NCBI GenBank assembly: GCA_902796125.1
Contig: CADBNT010000064.1
Span: forward strand, 698 to 64,697
DNA length: 64,000 nt
Direction: 5' to 3'
From: an uncultured Erysipelotrichaceae bacterium
Lineage (GTDB): Bacteria; Bacillota_I; Bacilli_A; RFN20; CAG-826
A program made the position numbers and the translations under genes. Each line of letters begins with the position of its first letter. The first letter of the stretch is position 1. Shown one piece after another: positions 18,296 to 28,498 of this stretch. The notes under the pieces are model-generated. The model made no database searches. It was given only the letters and a program-made list of their open reading frames with translations, and was not told where the DNA came from.

Positions 18296-19197
18296 ACTTT
18301 CGCCTTCCTATTCTCTTCTTTTCTTTGTTTGACTCTTTTCGCTCTTTTCATAATTTTGAAACGTTTGAATAAATCAAAGTGGAAGTTATTATAGTCAATG
18401 CATTCAAACTTATCATCACAGGAATATGTGTGAATACGGTCAACGCCAGCTTTGTTATTAACAATAACTTTGCTGTTATCAAATTCTAAAACACATTCTT
18501 CTTTGAATGGTTCCACAGAATTAATTTTGTTAAAGCAAAGGGATTTACCATATAACTCTCTAGAGTTCTGAGTTGGACGATATAATTCTCCATTTCTTTT
18601 AAAGAAATATCCAGCTGGTCTTCCCACATTTTCTTCATAGTTAACTGTCTCAACTAGATTAAGCAAATACTTATCCATATCAAGTTCATAGATTCTTCCT
18701 ACATATGGGGCTTTTTCACTATAGATGAAGACCATAACTTTGTTATCGTGAATAAATACAGTTGGATCTGCGAAGGATTCTGGTTTAAAGGTCGCGACCT
18801 TTTCCCATTTATTTGGGAAATCTTTTGCTTCGTATAAATGGAGTTCTTCATTCTCTCCGCTTTCAGGAAGCATATAGACTTTGCCGTTTCTTTCAAATAC
18901 GCATGGGAAAGACAGGTGATAATTCTCCTTAATGAGTTCTTTAAACTCACCAACACCACCATTTTCATCAATTACAAAGTAACCAATGATTCCACAGTAA
19001 TTTGGTCTATCAAAAGCTTCGCAGAAAAGATAGCTAACGCCTTTGTAGTTATAGACAAGAGGATCTGCAAACCAGTATTTCTTATGATGAGGAATTGCTT
19101 TAAATGATCCTTCGTATGAAAACAAAGAACCATCTTTATATTTCCTAATGGCTATATTCCATTCACCATCATAAAAAAGCTTTCTTATTAAACTCAT
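18292..19197 (-). CDS. Hypothetical protein, possibly a beta-propeller glycosyl-hydrolase/transferase-like fold
   Basis: 301 aa, soluble, with no motif I recognise securely. Co-operonic with 4-nt overlaps on both sides. Confidence 0.45.
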   Translation of the reverse strand: MSLIRKLFYDGEWNIAIRKYKDGSLFSYEGSFKAIPHHKKYWFADPLVYNYKGVSYLFCEAFDRPNYCGIIGYFVIDENGGVGEFKELIKENYHLSFPCVFERNGKVYMLPESGENEELHLYEAKDFPNKWEKVATFKPESFADPTVFIHDNKVMVFIYSEKAPYVGRIYELDMDKYLLNLVETVNYEENVGRPAGYFFKRNGELYRPTQNSRELYGKSLCFNKINSVEPFKEECVLEFDNSKVIVNNKAGVDRIHTYSCDDKFECIDYNNFHFDLFKRFKIMKRAKRVKQRKEENRKAKV

Positions 19198-20348
19198 TTT
19201 CTTTTTCCTTCTTGCCTAACTTTTGCATAGAAATCCTTACGAATATTCATAATACGGTCTTTTTCAAATTCTAAAGCTTTAGCAAAGCTACGTTTTGCAC
19301 ACATGAAAGCATATTCTTTGTCAGTGATTAATTTTTCAATAATATCCGCTAAGCGATTAGCGTCTTTCGCATGCATTAATAAATCATCCGCGATAATTTC
19401 TGCCAAGGCAGTTTCGTAAGTACCAATAACTGGACAGCCTCTACTCATACCTTCTAGCGCTGCTCTTCCTAAAGATTCAACCATTGTTGGCATTGCCAAA
19501 ATATCAATATCATCAATCCAGCCAAAAACTTTATCACGTGGAAGTCTGCCGCAGAATTCAATCTTATCTTCTACTCCACACGCTTTTGCATGAGCAATTC
19601 GCTTATCGTTCATTGTTCCACCACCAAGGAATTTAATCTTCACATCATAACCGCGCTTTTTCAGTATGCCTGACGCAGTGATAAGGGTGTCATGTCCGCG
19701 ATATTCTGCTTGTGTCGCGCCTATAAGCCCGACTGTGCAGGATTTTCCATCGTTCGCTTTAATGCGTGCTAAACGCTTGTCTAAAACTTCCTCAGGCGTC
19801 TTTTCTAAGACCACATCTGCACAACCGATAGATATTGCTTTGCTTGGGTATCTATCTTGGAGTAGTTTTTGAGATACATAAATAATGTAATCAGCTTTTT
19901 TATGATAATGCTTCGTAAGCATGTTGAGTGGTCTGGCCGCTAAACGATACTTAAGTCCACCATGATATTTAAAGGCAGCATAAGCGTCCGAACCGGATTC
20001 CACGACCAAAGTCTTTTTGTATTTGCGAGCATAGTGACACGCGACAATTGCATCTATAATTGCAAGTTTTGCAACAACTATATCAGCTTTCTTTACGTTC
20101 TCTTTGATGACTTTACATTTCTTGAAGAAACTAATGTTCCCGTCATTAAGAATAATGTTGATACCTTTATGTTCCTTGTACTTTTCAAGTTTGGAGATAT
20201 CAGGTTTTTTGTATGAAACATCCCATGACAAAATATCTACAGGACCCATCGCATATTCGTTGCAGTCATATAGTTTGTTGTTAGATGAACCAATAATATA
20301 AAGCTCATCATTATCTACGACAAATGTTTCATCCCTGACAAGTAGCAT
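19194..20348 (-). CDS. Glycosyltransferase family 4 (GT-B)
   Basis: C-terminal E-x7-E-like motif LGRAALEGMSRGCPVIGT. Confidence 0.8.
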   Translation of the reverse strand: MLLVRDETFVVDNDELYIIGSSNNKLYDCNEYAMGPVDILSWDVSYKKPDISKLEKYKEHKGINIILNDGNISFFKKCKVIKENVKKADIVVAKLAIIDAIVACHYARKYKKTLVVESGSDAYAAFKYHGGLKYRLAARPLNMLTKHYHKKADYIIYVSQKLLQDRYPSKAISIGCADVVLEKTPEEVLDKRLARIKANDGKSCTVGLIGATQAEYRGHDTLITASGILKKRGYDVKIKFLGGGTMNDKRIAHAKACGVEDKIEFCGRLPRDKVFGWIDDIDILAMPTMVESLGRAALEGMSRGCPVIGTYETALAEIIADDLLMHAKDANRLADIIEKLITDKEYAFMCAKRSFAKALEFEKDRIMNIRKDFYAKVRQEGKRK

Positions 20349-21636
20349 TTTGATTTTGCACTAAATCTTGTTTAGTGCCTCCTTTTTCACGAAATAATTT
20401 ATTAACAAAAAACACCAATACTGCAAATATTAGTAACGGAATAATATATGCGGAGAATTGGACGGTAAACATATTAATAGCAACATAGAAGCCAAGAGCT
20501 TTAGATGATGCTTTTCCAGTCTTATCAATACGTCTAAAGACAAAGATCATAATTGCTATACCGACAATAAGACCAAAGTATGAGAATGAATCAAATAAGT
20601 CTGAGAAGTAAGTAATGGTTGTAGACCAACCAAGGTTTTCATTAGATGGAGATAGTCCGACAAGTGAACCAGTAATGCTATTGGAGAACGGATATGGCTT
20701 ATCTGGCCAAATAGATCTTGGAAGTATAGCGGTCAAATCCGCAATAATCGCATCAAATCTATTAACCGATATCGCTCTTCCTATACCTTCACAATAGAAC
20801 TGGTACATAAGTGTATAGTGTCTACTTAAATCGATAAGCATATATTCGCCAAGTGAACTTGTATTATTTTTGAATAAAGCTCCATATAAATAGGCGAACC
20901 CAATAACCATGACCGCGCTTATTCCACACAAAGTGAGTAGTTGCTTGCCATTGATTCTCTTAGAAACAAACAAGAGATAAACAAATAAAATGACAAACTG
21001 AGCAACAATGAATCGTTTGCCGTGCATATAAATGAACAAAATAATCAAAATTGTCGCTAAGAATTTTTTAAAGAATAAATGAGAATGTCTATAATCTTTT
21101 GAAAAAATCATTAGGACAGTATAGAAAAGAATCGAGACAGTGATTAAAGGTTCGAAAATTTCATAGCTAGGATTATCGAGTCTGGCCCCATATCCAGCAA
21201 ATAAAATTCCAGGACCATTTTTAATAATAATCAGCACAAATGTAAATACTATAAACAGGAAGCAGAAGTTGCTAACTTGTTTAGAAACATATTTTCCTGA
21301 TTCTGCAATATAGATTTTATATTTCTTTTTCTTAGATAACTTTGGATCGCTTCTTTTTATAAAGAACATAAGCACTGTTGAAATCGCCAAATCAAAGATG
21401 ACATAAATAATGTTCGCTCGTAAATCGCTTATAGCAGCATTCGCCTTGATAAACGAATAATACTCAAATGGATAGACCGTATGAACAAATAAAGGAAGCA
21501 CGAAAAAGATATAGAACAATAAGTAGCCTAAACAGAAGACACTTCTATTGTCTCTAGCGATACTCTTAAAGACTCTTATCAAACAGAAAGAGCACCATAT
21601 GATAGCGATAAATCTAATTAGATAGATTTCCGTCAT
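20329..21636 (-). CDS. Polytopic membrane protein, Wzy-like polysaccharide polymerase candidate
   Basis: 435 aa with about 10-12 TM helices, sited between a GT4 and Wzx. No enzymatic soluble motif. Confidence 0.55.
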   Translation of the reverse strand: MTEIYLIRFIAIIWCSFCLIRVFKSIARDNRSVFCLGYLLFYIFFVLPLFVHTVYPFEYYSFIKANAAISDLRANIIYVIFDLAISTVLMFFIKRSDPKLSKKKKYKIYIAESGKYVSKQVSNFCFLFIVFTFVLIIIKNGPGILFAGYGARLDNPSYEIFEPLITVSILFYTVLMIFSKDYRHSHLFFKKFLATILIILFIYMHGKRFIVAQFVILFVYLLFVSKRINGKQLLTLCGISAVMVIGFAYLYGALFKNNTSSLGEYMLIDLSRHYTLMYQFYCEGIGRAISVNRFDAIIADLTAILPRSIWPDKPYPFSNSITGSLVGLSPSNENLGWSTTITYFSDLFDSFSYFGLIVGIAIMIFVFRRIDKTGKASSKALGFYVAINMFTVQFSAYIIPLLIFAVLVFFVNKLFREKGGTKQDLVQNQNATCQG

Positions 21637-23137
21637 CGACGACTTCCTCCTCTTTTACTTCTTGAATCTCTTCAACATCTTCTTTTTTCTTTCTCGATAG
21701 TTTGGATTTGATGGTTCTAAATAATTCCTTCTTATGAGGTGTAAGTAAAAACACTGCCGTAAAGAAAATGACAACACACATCGCAACCCATAAGAATTGG
21801 AATAAGGAATCCCAATCACTACTATTGAGTTTAAAGATTATAACCGGGAGAGCCATAATGGCTGCTGAGACAAGTTGAATCCAAGTATTTTTAACAACCG
21901 CCCAGATGCTAACTTTACAAATAAAGACACCAAATATAATTTGAAGGACTGGTTGAATAATCTTAAGTAAGCAATAGATAATACAGAATTGTTCAAAGTT
22001 AACATATCCAGCAAAACTGAAGCCAAGTAAAGCACCTATCGCTAATAGATAAATAAAGTCGACTAAAACCAATATAGCTGGTTTACCTTTCGCACGTATG
22101 CCATCGCTATAGAAATTACCAAAAGCAATTGAAAGTGTTCCGGTTAATCCCCAAAGACCGATAAGCATACTGACTTCAAGATAATCTGCACCTAAAAGGA
22201 TGAATGTTACAAAGTCTCTAAAGAGGAACACTCCTATCGCTAAAGGAATAGAGATAAGTGTTGAGTACTTTTGGAAGATTAAGAAAATTCTCTTAAACTC
22301 TTCATCATCGTTTTGATACTTCGCAATTGCAGACTTATACACGTTACCATATAAAGCGTATACGGCTGTTGTTATCTGTAGGATAAGAGTTGTACCGTTT
22401 TTAAATAAGCCTAAGCAATATGAACCATAGAGAGCTGCAAGGAATAATATAACTCCGTTTTTAAGTAGCCATTCAAGAATGGATTCTAAATATGCCCAAG
22501 ATGAGAAAGAGAATATACCCTTAAATACCTTGAAGCTGTAGAAGAATCTTGGGATGTAATCACCAAAGATAAAGCAAAGGATAAAGCTAGCGACTTCACC
22601 CGCAAGTGTACCTATAATAAGTGACCAGCATCCAAAGCCAAGAATAGCAAGTGGAACGGTAGTAGCAAATGGAAGAACCTTACAAATGATTTTGATAATA
22701 CCTAACTTTTTAAAGTTAAGGTTCTTCTGCATAACTGCCATGGAAATAGAAGATACAGATGTTAACGGAATAACTAATGCTGCAACAACAAGAGCGTTCT
22801 CATATCCAGATGCATCAACTAAACCAGCAAATTGATATCTAAAGATAACAATAAGAGCATATAAAACAAGCGATATAGATAAATTAGACCAGAAGCAAAC
22901 ATTAATAGCCTTCTTCTGTTCATCCTCGTTATCGAATTGATGCTGGACAATATAAGCATTAAAACCAGCATCGGTTAAAAGATCTGCTAATGAAGTAATA
23001 GCTGTGATGGAAGCAACAATACCGAAAACTTCAGGAGTTAAAAGCCTTGCTAAAACGATGGTTGTGATTGGCGCAATTAACTTTGCGATAATCTCAGCCG
23101 CTATATTCCATCTTGTCGCGCGTCCAATCTTACTCAT
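21614..23137 (-). CDS. Wzx-type polysaccharide flippase (MOP superfamily)
   Basis: 507 aa, about 12-14 TM helices. The N-terminus ...RWNIAAEIIAKLIAPITTIVLARLLTPEVFG is typical of Polysacc_synt. Confidence 0.8.
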   Translation of the reverse strand: MSKIGRATRWNIAAEIIAKLIAPITTIVLARLLTPEVFGIVASITAITSLADLLTDAGFNAYIVQHQFDNEDEQKKAINVCFWSNLSISLVLYALIVIFRYQFAGLVDASGYENALVVAALVIPLTSVSSISMAVMQKNLNFKKLGIIKIICKVLPFATTVPLAILGFGCWSLIIGTLAGEVASFILCFIFGDYIPRFFYSFKVFKGIFSFSSWAYLESILEWLLKNGVILFLAALYGSYCLGLFKNGTTLILQITTAVYALYGNVYKSAIAKYQNDDEEFKRIFLIFQKYSTLISIPLAIGVFLFRDFVTFILLGADYLEVSMLIGLWGLTGTLSIAFGNFYSDGIRAKGKPAILVLVDFIYLLAIGALLGFSFAGYVNFEQFCIIYCLLKIIQPVLQIIFGVFICKVSIWAVVKNTWIQLVSAAIMALPVIIFKLNSSDWDSLFQFLWVAMCVVIFFTAVFLLTPHKKELFRTIKSKLSRKKKEDVEEIQEVKEEEVVDDGNLSN

Positions 23138-24245
23138 CTAAATGCTTCCCATCATATACTTCGCATAGTAAAGCGACTGTTTTATTAATATCAAACGGAG
23201 TGTCTTTAACTTTGTTAACGTATTCACTTCTATTAACTTTACTCTTAAGAAGTTCATCTATTTTACTCGCCCACTCCATAGGAGATTTATCTAAAGACAT
23301 AAAAGATAATAGGCCAGTTTCATTAACTTCTTCAGGAACTTCTAAAGATGCTAATGAAATTAGTCCACTAACCTGAGCCTCCACTGCTACAATACCAAGT
23401 CCTTCATATTTAGAAGGCATGACATAAATGTCTGAGGCTGAATAATAATCTTCAGTATTAAAAACACTACCGGTAAAGATAACGCTATCTTCTAAACCAT
23501 ATTCTCTAACTTTTTCTTTAATAACGTTTTCTAAATCACCATAGCCAACTAAAACCAGTTTTGAATTGTTATTTAACTTGTAATACTCATTGAAAACATC
23601 TGCCAAGAATAATTGATTCTTTTGATCTGAGAATCTTCCAACATTAAGTAATAACTTAACGTCATCTTTGATCCATAATTCTTTTCTGATTTTGTTTCTG
23701 GCTTCTAAGTCAAAGGCAAATCTATTTACATCAATACCATTATATAAAACGGTGACTTTCTTTTTATTATGGAACACAAATTCTCCAGCAAGTTTCGAAC
23801 AAGCGAGTAAGCAGTTAGAGTTTTTCATAATTAAAGATCTCATATGGCTCTCATACATTCTTCTAAGAAGAGTGTTCTTTCTTCCTTTAGATGTTTCATG
23901 AGAATGAGCGATTCTAATTGGTACTCCACATTTCTTCGCTATCTTTAAGATATAGCCGGAAAAGTAATACATATGAGAATGGATTACATCAAATGGACCA
24001 TACTCTTTGATAATTCTTGTTAGAGATGTCTTATAGTTTTTAAATGTCTTTTCAGTTGAATCAAAATAATGAATTTGACCACCTAAAGATATGGCTTCAT
24101 CATCAAAATAGCCCTTGTCTTTATTTATAAAGGCAAAGTGAAATTCATATTTATCTCTATCAATGTTACGGAAAACATTCATGACAAAGTTTTCAATGCC
24201 ACCTTGGGAGAAATATTCAAAAACATGTAATACTTTAGTTTTCAA
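23130..24245 (-). CDS. Glycosyltransferase family 4
   Basis: EGLGIVAVEAQVSGL motif. 371 aa. Confidence 0.8.
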   Translation of the reverse strand: MKTKVLHVFEYFSQGGIENFVMNVFRNIDRDKYEFHFAFINKDKGYFDDEAISLGGQIHYFDSTEKTFKNYKTSLTRIIKEYGPFDVIHSHMYYFSGYILKIAKKCGVPIRIAHSHETSKGRKNTLLRRMYESHMRSLIMKNSNCLLACSKLAGEFVFHNKKKVTVLYNGIDVNRFAFDLEARNKIRKELWIKDDVKLLLNVGRFSDQKNQLFLADVFNEYYKLNNNSKLVLVGYGDLENVIKEKVREYGLEDSVIFTGSVFNTEDYYSASDIYVMPSKYEGLGIVAVEAQVSGLISLASLEVPEEVNETGLLSFMSLDKSPMEWASKIDELLKSKVNRSEYVNKVKDTPFDINKTVALLCEVYDGKHLDE

Positions 24246-25338
24246 CTTTGTTCTCCTTTACTTTGTTTAACTCAGCGACATATTTATCAATAACGATATT
24301 TCTATCGAATTCTTTCTCGACTTTTCTTCTACCAGCAAGTCCCATCTTGGCTTTCTCTTCATTAGATAAAGCAAGGAACTTTTCAATCTTCTCGATTAAA
24401 TCAGTGGAGTTCTTTTCTTCCACTACAAAACCATTTACCCCATCTTCTACGACTTCTCTACAGCCGCTTCTATTCGTGGTGATGATTGGTCTAGCAGAGG
24501 CACAAGCTTCTAACAGAACATTAGAAAGTCCTTCTGGATAATAAGTAGGATGAATGACACATGAAGAAGCTTGATAGACAGGTTTCATATCTTTGGTTAA
24601 ACCATGATAAATAACAAGCCCTTTTTCTTGGTACTCTTTCAGAGTAGCTTCATAACTATCCTCATATGGACCATAGATGTTAAATTTAACATTATTGTGC
24701 TTTTCAGTAATTGCTTTTGCAGCATCAAGGTATTGATCAATGCCTTTTTCTTTCATAACTCTTGCAACAAAGGCAAAATTAATTTCATCATCGTTTGGAT
24801 ATTTGCTTGGAACATATTGAGTAAGATTCACGCCTGAACCAGGAAGTAAATCAAACGGAGCTTTAGAAACTCTATGTTTCTTGAAGAATTCCATATTCTC
24901 ATTATTCTGGAAGAAAAGTTTTTGAGCTTTCTTGGTCCCTTTCTTATATAAGAACAAGGTGATCTTCTGAAGTAAACCTGGTTTTTCAACAGCTGTGCCT
25001 AACCCAGTTATGTTTTCAACATATGGAACTTTAAGTTTGGACGCGGCCATTCCACCATAGACATTTGGTTTAATGGTATAGGTAAAAACAATATCAGGCT
25101 TAACTGACTTCATTGTCTTTTTGTAGAAAGAAAGAAGTTTCAAATCTTGGAATGGATTCACTCCATGACGAGAGACATTAGTCTCAATAAAGTGACAACC
25201 CATCTCCTTCATCTTCTCAACGAAAACACCATTAGGTAGAGAAATGTATACTTCATTTTCCTCTAACAGTTTTTCTAAAAGTTCTTTTCTGAACTTGTAG
25301 AGTCCAACATCGTAGTTCGCTAAAATAAGGACTTTCAT
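24235..25338 (-). CDS. Glycosyltransferase family 4
   Basis: EGLSNVLLEACASARPIITT motif. 367 aa. Confidence 0.8.
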   Translation of the reverse strand: MKVLILANYDVGLYKFRKELLEKLLEENEVYISLPNGVFVEKMKEMGCHFIETNVSRHGVNPFQDLKLLSFYKKTMKSVKPDIVFTYTIKPNVYGGMAASKLKVPYVENITGLGTAVEKPGLLQKITLFLYKKGTKKAQKLFFQNNENMEFFKKHRVSKAPFDLLPGSGVNLTQYVPSKYPNDDEINFAFVARVMKEKGIDQYLDAAKAITEKHNNVKFNIYGPYEDSYEATLKEYQEKGLVIYHGLTKDMKPVYQASSCVIHPTYYPEGLSNVLLEACASARPIITTNRSGCREVVEDGVNGFVVEEKNSTDLIEKIEKFLALSNEEKAKMGLAGRRKVEKEFDRNIVIDKYVAELNKVKENKVEN

Positions 25339-25925
25339 TATTTCACTAACTTCCTTGCTGGAACTCCAACATAAGTTCCTTCTTCTTTAATGTCATTAAC
25401 AACTGTCGCACCTGCTCCAATAAAAGCTTTATCGCATATGGAAACATTGTTGATAATTGATGCTCCAATGCCAACCCAAGCTTTTTTACCTAAGGTAACT
25501 GTTCCGCCAAGTTTAGCGCCTACGGATACATGCGCATAGTCGCCAATCTTGTTATCGTGTTCCACGATAGCACCTGTATTAATAATGCAGTGTTTTCCAA
25601 TAACGGTTCTTGCATTGATTACAACTTTAGGCATAACTACACTGCCTTCGCCAATAGAAACGCTCTTTGAGACAATAGCACTAGGATGAATAGCTTTTCC
25701 CCAAGAGACATCTAACTTGGAAAGTTTTTCTCTAACATCAGCACTACCAATGCCAATGATGAACTTGCAGTCTTTATATTTTTTATAATCATCGATTTTT
25801 CCAATCGCATCCTTTTGGGATGGATCATCATCCAAAAATCCCACAAAGGTATTGCCCTCTGCTTCAACTATATCCGCGATTACATGCGCGTGGCCACCAG
25901 CGCCTAATATAACAATCTTTTCCAT
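25338..25925 (-). CDS. Hexapeptide-repeat sugar N-acetyltransferase (PglD/NeuD-like)
   Basis: N-terminal Rossmann-like ILGAGGHAHVIADIV and C-terminal left-handed beta-helix hexapeptide repeats. 195 aa. Confidence 0.8.
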   Translation of the reverse strand: MEKIVILGAGGHAHVIADIVEAEGNTFVGFLDDDPSQKDAIGKIDDYKKYKDCKFIIGIGSADVREKLSKLDVSWGKAIHPSAIVSKSVSIGEGSVVMPKVVINARTVIGKHCIINTGAIVEHDNKIGDYAHVSVGAKLGGTVTLGKKAWVGIGASIINNVSICDKAFIGAGATVVNDIKEEGTYVGVPARKLVK

Positions 25926-25926
25926 G

Positions 25927-26598
25927 CTAATTCCCTTTGAATTCTTCCATAGTGGAAGAAGTGTTGCTATTTATGCCCTCTCGTTTTAAAACGACGATGA
26001 TTGTTCCAAAGAATATCTTTAAATCAGTAAAGAAAGAGACGTGTCTTGTATACCAGACATCCATTTCAAATTTCTCTTGCCAGGTCACTCTATTTCTTCC
26101 ATGACTTTGAGCATAGCCAGTAAGTCCTGGTCTAACATCGTGTCTATGTCTTTGTTCTTCGTTATATAAAGGAAGATACTTTACAAGTAATGGTCTAGGA
26201 CCGATGATACTCATTGTTCCAATGAAGATATTAAATAATTCTGGAAGCTCATCAATACTCGTCTTACGAATAAACTTTCCATAACCAGTAAGTCTTTCAG
26301 CATCTGGAAGAAGATTTCCATCTTTGTCTTTTTTGTTAGACATTGATCGAAACTTTATTAGTTTAAAGATCTTTTCATTCTTTCCCGGTCTATCTTGGGT
26401 GAAGAAAGGATTGCCTTTCATAACACACGCACCCGCGATAGAAAAAATAATCAAGAATGGTGAAAGAATAACTATCGCCATAAATGATAAAAGAATATCC
26501 CATAATCTTTTAAAGATCGGACGATATAAAAGGATTGATAGCAGGAAGAAAAGAAAAACGCTTCCTAAAGATATTGCTAATATCCAATACCATTCCAT
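25927..26598 (-). CDS. Undecaprenyl-phosphate sugar-phosphate transferase (PglC/WbaP C-domain-like, small monotopic form)
   Basis: Bacterial sugar-transferase motifs IGPRP and DVRPGLTGYAQ. 223 aa with one N-terminal TM helix. Confidence 0.8.
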   Translation of the reverse strand: MEWYWILAISLGSVFLFFLLSILLYRPIFKRLWDILLSFMAIVILSPFLIIFSIAGACVMKGNPFFTQDRPGKNEKIFKLIKFRSMSNKKDKDGNLLPDAERLTGYGKFIRKTSIDELPELFNIFIGTMSIIGPRPLLVKYLPLYNEEQRHRHDVRPGLTGYAQSHGRNRVTWQEKFEMDVWYTRHVSFFTDLKIFFGTIIVVLKREGINSNTSSTMEEFKGN

Positions 26599-27879
26599 TT
26601 ATTCAAAGCATCTCCTAATAACTTCGATAATCTTATCTTGTTGTTCAGGTGTCATCTTGTTATCAGATGGTAAGCAGCATCCTCTTTCGAAGATATCTGC
26701 TCCAACATCTTCTACTCCACCAGCAATATAGGCATTAGTTCTACATCTAATAGAACCATCTCTTCCAATACACTCATGCATGCGATACATAGGTTGCATG
26801 TGCATAGGTTTCCAAATTGGTCTACCTTCAGCATTGATACTAGCAATAGCTTCTAATATTTCAGTTGGACATGATTTGCCTTTTTCAGGAACGTATACTG
26901 CTTTAGAATCATCTCTAACTTGTTTGCACATTGCATCTTTATCAATGATAAGAGCAGATAACCAATAATTTGGTTTTGTGCCTTCGGTGATAGGATTCAT
27001 CTTAACAGGTAAACCATTAAGTCCTTTTTCATATCTTTCATATACAGCCTTCTTTTGAGCGATATGTTCTTCAAGATGGCTATATTGTCCACGGATAACA
27101 CCTGCAATGACGTTAGACATTCTATAGTTATAGCCAACTTCTTCGTGTTGATACCAAGGGGCATTCTCGCGAGATTGGGTTGACCACTTACGAGCGTGAT
27201 TAGCGTCTTCAATATTATTTGTTAAAAGACATCCACCCGCAGATCCAGTGATAATCTTATTTCCGTTAAATGAAATAGCGGAGTAATCACCAAATGAGCC
27301 GCATTGGTGACCATTGATAGATGCTCCAAGAGCTTCTGCAGCATCTTCGATAAGAAGCGCGCCATGCTTTTCACAAATCTTTTTAATTAAGTCCATTCTT
27401 CCTGGGAAACCATATAGTTCAGCAGAAATAACTAACTTAACATCTGGATATAATTCAAAAGCTTTTTCTAATGCAACTGGATCCATATTCCATGAATCAG
27501 CTTCTGTATCAATAAATACTGGAATACCACCTTCATAGACAACTGGATTAAGTGTCGCATCAAAAGTCATATCTGAGCAGAAAACTCTTTTGCCTTCAAG
27601 CGCACCGTGAGAAATGGCTGGACGGCCATATAAGCGTTCACCTGCAAGTTTAACGCATAAGTGTAACGCGGATGTACAATTGCAAAGGCCCACTGCATGT
27701 TTCATGCCGGATTTCTTAGCAGCAATCTTTTCTACTTCATTTATATTTTCTCCAACTGTTGACATCCAGTTGGTTTCATAAGCTTCTTCAACGAATTTAA
27801 TTTCATCACCATGCATTGTTGGTGATGCTAAATAAACTTTCTTTTCAAATGGTTTAATATCAGGGTTCTTTTTATACAT
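26599..27879 (-). CDS. DegT/DnrJ/EryC1/StrS-family PLP aminotransferase (PglE-like sugar aminotransferase)
   Basis: 426 aa with the family's fold signature. Adjacent to PglD-like and PglC-like genes. Confidence 0.8.
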   Translation of the reverse strand: MYKKNPDIKPFEKKVYLASPTMHGDEIKFVEEAYETNWMSTVGENINEVEKIAAKKSGMKHAVGLCNCTSALHLCVKLAGERLYGRPAISHGALEGKRVFCSDMTFDATLNPVVYEGGIPVFIDTEADSWNMDPVALEKAFELYPDVKLVISAELYGFPGRMDLIKKICEKHGALLIEDAAEALGASINGHQCGSFGDYSAISFNGNKIITGSAGGCLLTNNIEDANHARKWSTQSRENAPWYQHEEVGYNYRMSNVIAGVIRGQYSHLEEHIAQKKAVYERYEKGLNGLPVKMNPITEGTKPNYWLSALIIDKDAMCKQVRDDSKAVYVPEKGKSCPTEILEAIASINAEGRPIWKPMHMQPMYRMHECIGRDGSIRCRTNAYIAGGVEDVGADIFERGCCLPSDNKMTPEQQDKIIEVIRRCFE

Positions 27880-28005
27880 AATTAAGACCTTCTTTTCGAA
27901 TTATTGCACGAGCGAAAACTTTCGCGCATAGCACATAGATTATACGTTACACACGAAAAATATCAAGCGCAGGCACGTCACGTAAAATAAAAAAGCGCCA
28001 TTATT

Positions 28006-28488
28006 TTATCTAAACAGCACTTTGTATTCTGTAACAAGTTCATCCATCTTCATCTTTGCATTAGCAGGTGATGTAGATGGTAAATATATAACTTCAACAT
28101 TAACTTTATCTTTTAGATACCTATCAAATAGGATTCCAGCTTTCTTTCCAGTAATACCTATTCTTTTTATATTTGGATATTTCTTAAGAATAGATGGTAT
28201 ATCACTAGGAATAGCATTTCTAATTGAAGAATCATCACTTCCTGAAATATCACACTCTTCAATCACATCATATAAAGCAATATGGTGTCTTTTTAGAAAT
28301 TCTTTTCTCTCTTCAATTGAAGATGGTGTTTCTTCATTGAATACCTTCGCAAGTACTGGAAAGAACCTATTCTGTTTATGGGAATAGTAAAAGCCATATT
28401 CTCTACTTTTAACACTTGGAAATGATCCAAGAATAAGTGTCTCAGAACTATCGAAAATAAAGATCTCTAATTCGTGAGTTAAATGCAT
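28006..28488 (-). CDS. UDG-superfamily DNA glycosylase, HDG (DNA-deoxyinosine glycosylase)-like
   Basis: LILGSFPSVKS...Y...H..NRFF and LPSTSPANA motifs match the HDG family pattern (ILGSFPS ... PSTSPA). 160 aa. Confidence 0.55.
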   Translation of the reverse strand: MHLTHELEIFIFDSSETLILGSFPSVKSREYGFYYSHKQNRFFPVLAKVFNEETPSSIEERKEFLKRHHIALYDVIEECDISGSDDSSIRNAIPSDIPSILKKYPNIKRIGITGKKAGILFDRYLKDKVNVEVIYLPSTSPANAKMKMDELVTEYKVLFR

Positions 28489-28498
28489 TATTTATATA

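Noticed and set aside
18699-20301. Small internal ORFs within the hypothetical and GT4 genes
   Set aside because: Nested within supported longer ORFs.
27880-28005. GCGAAAACTTTCGC dyad in the 126-nt gap between the HDG-like gene and the aminotransferase
   Set aside because: Only a 5-bp stem with a 4-nt loop and no U-tract. Too weak to call a terminator or operator with any confidence.
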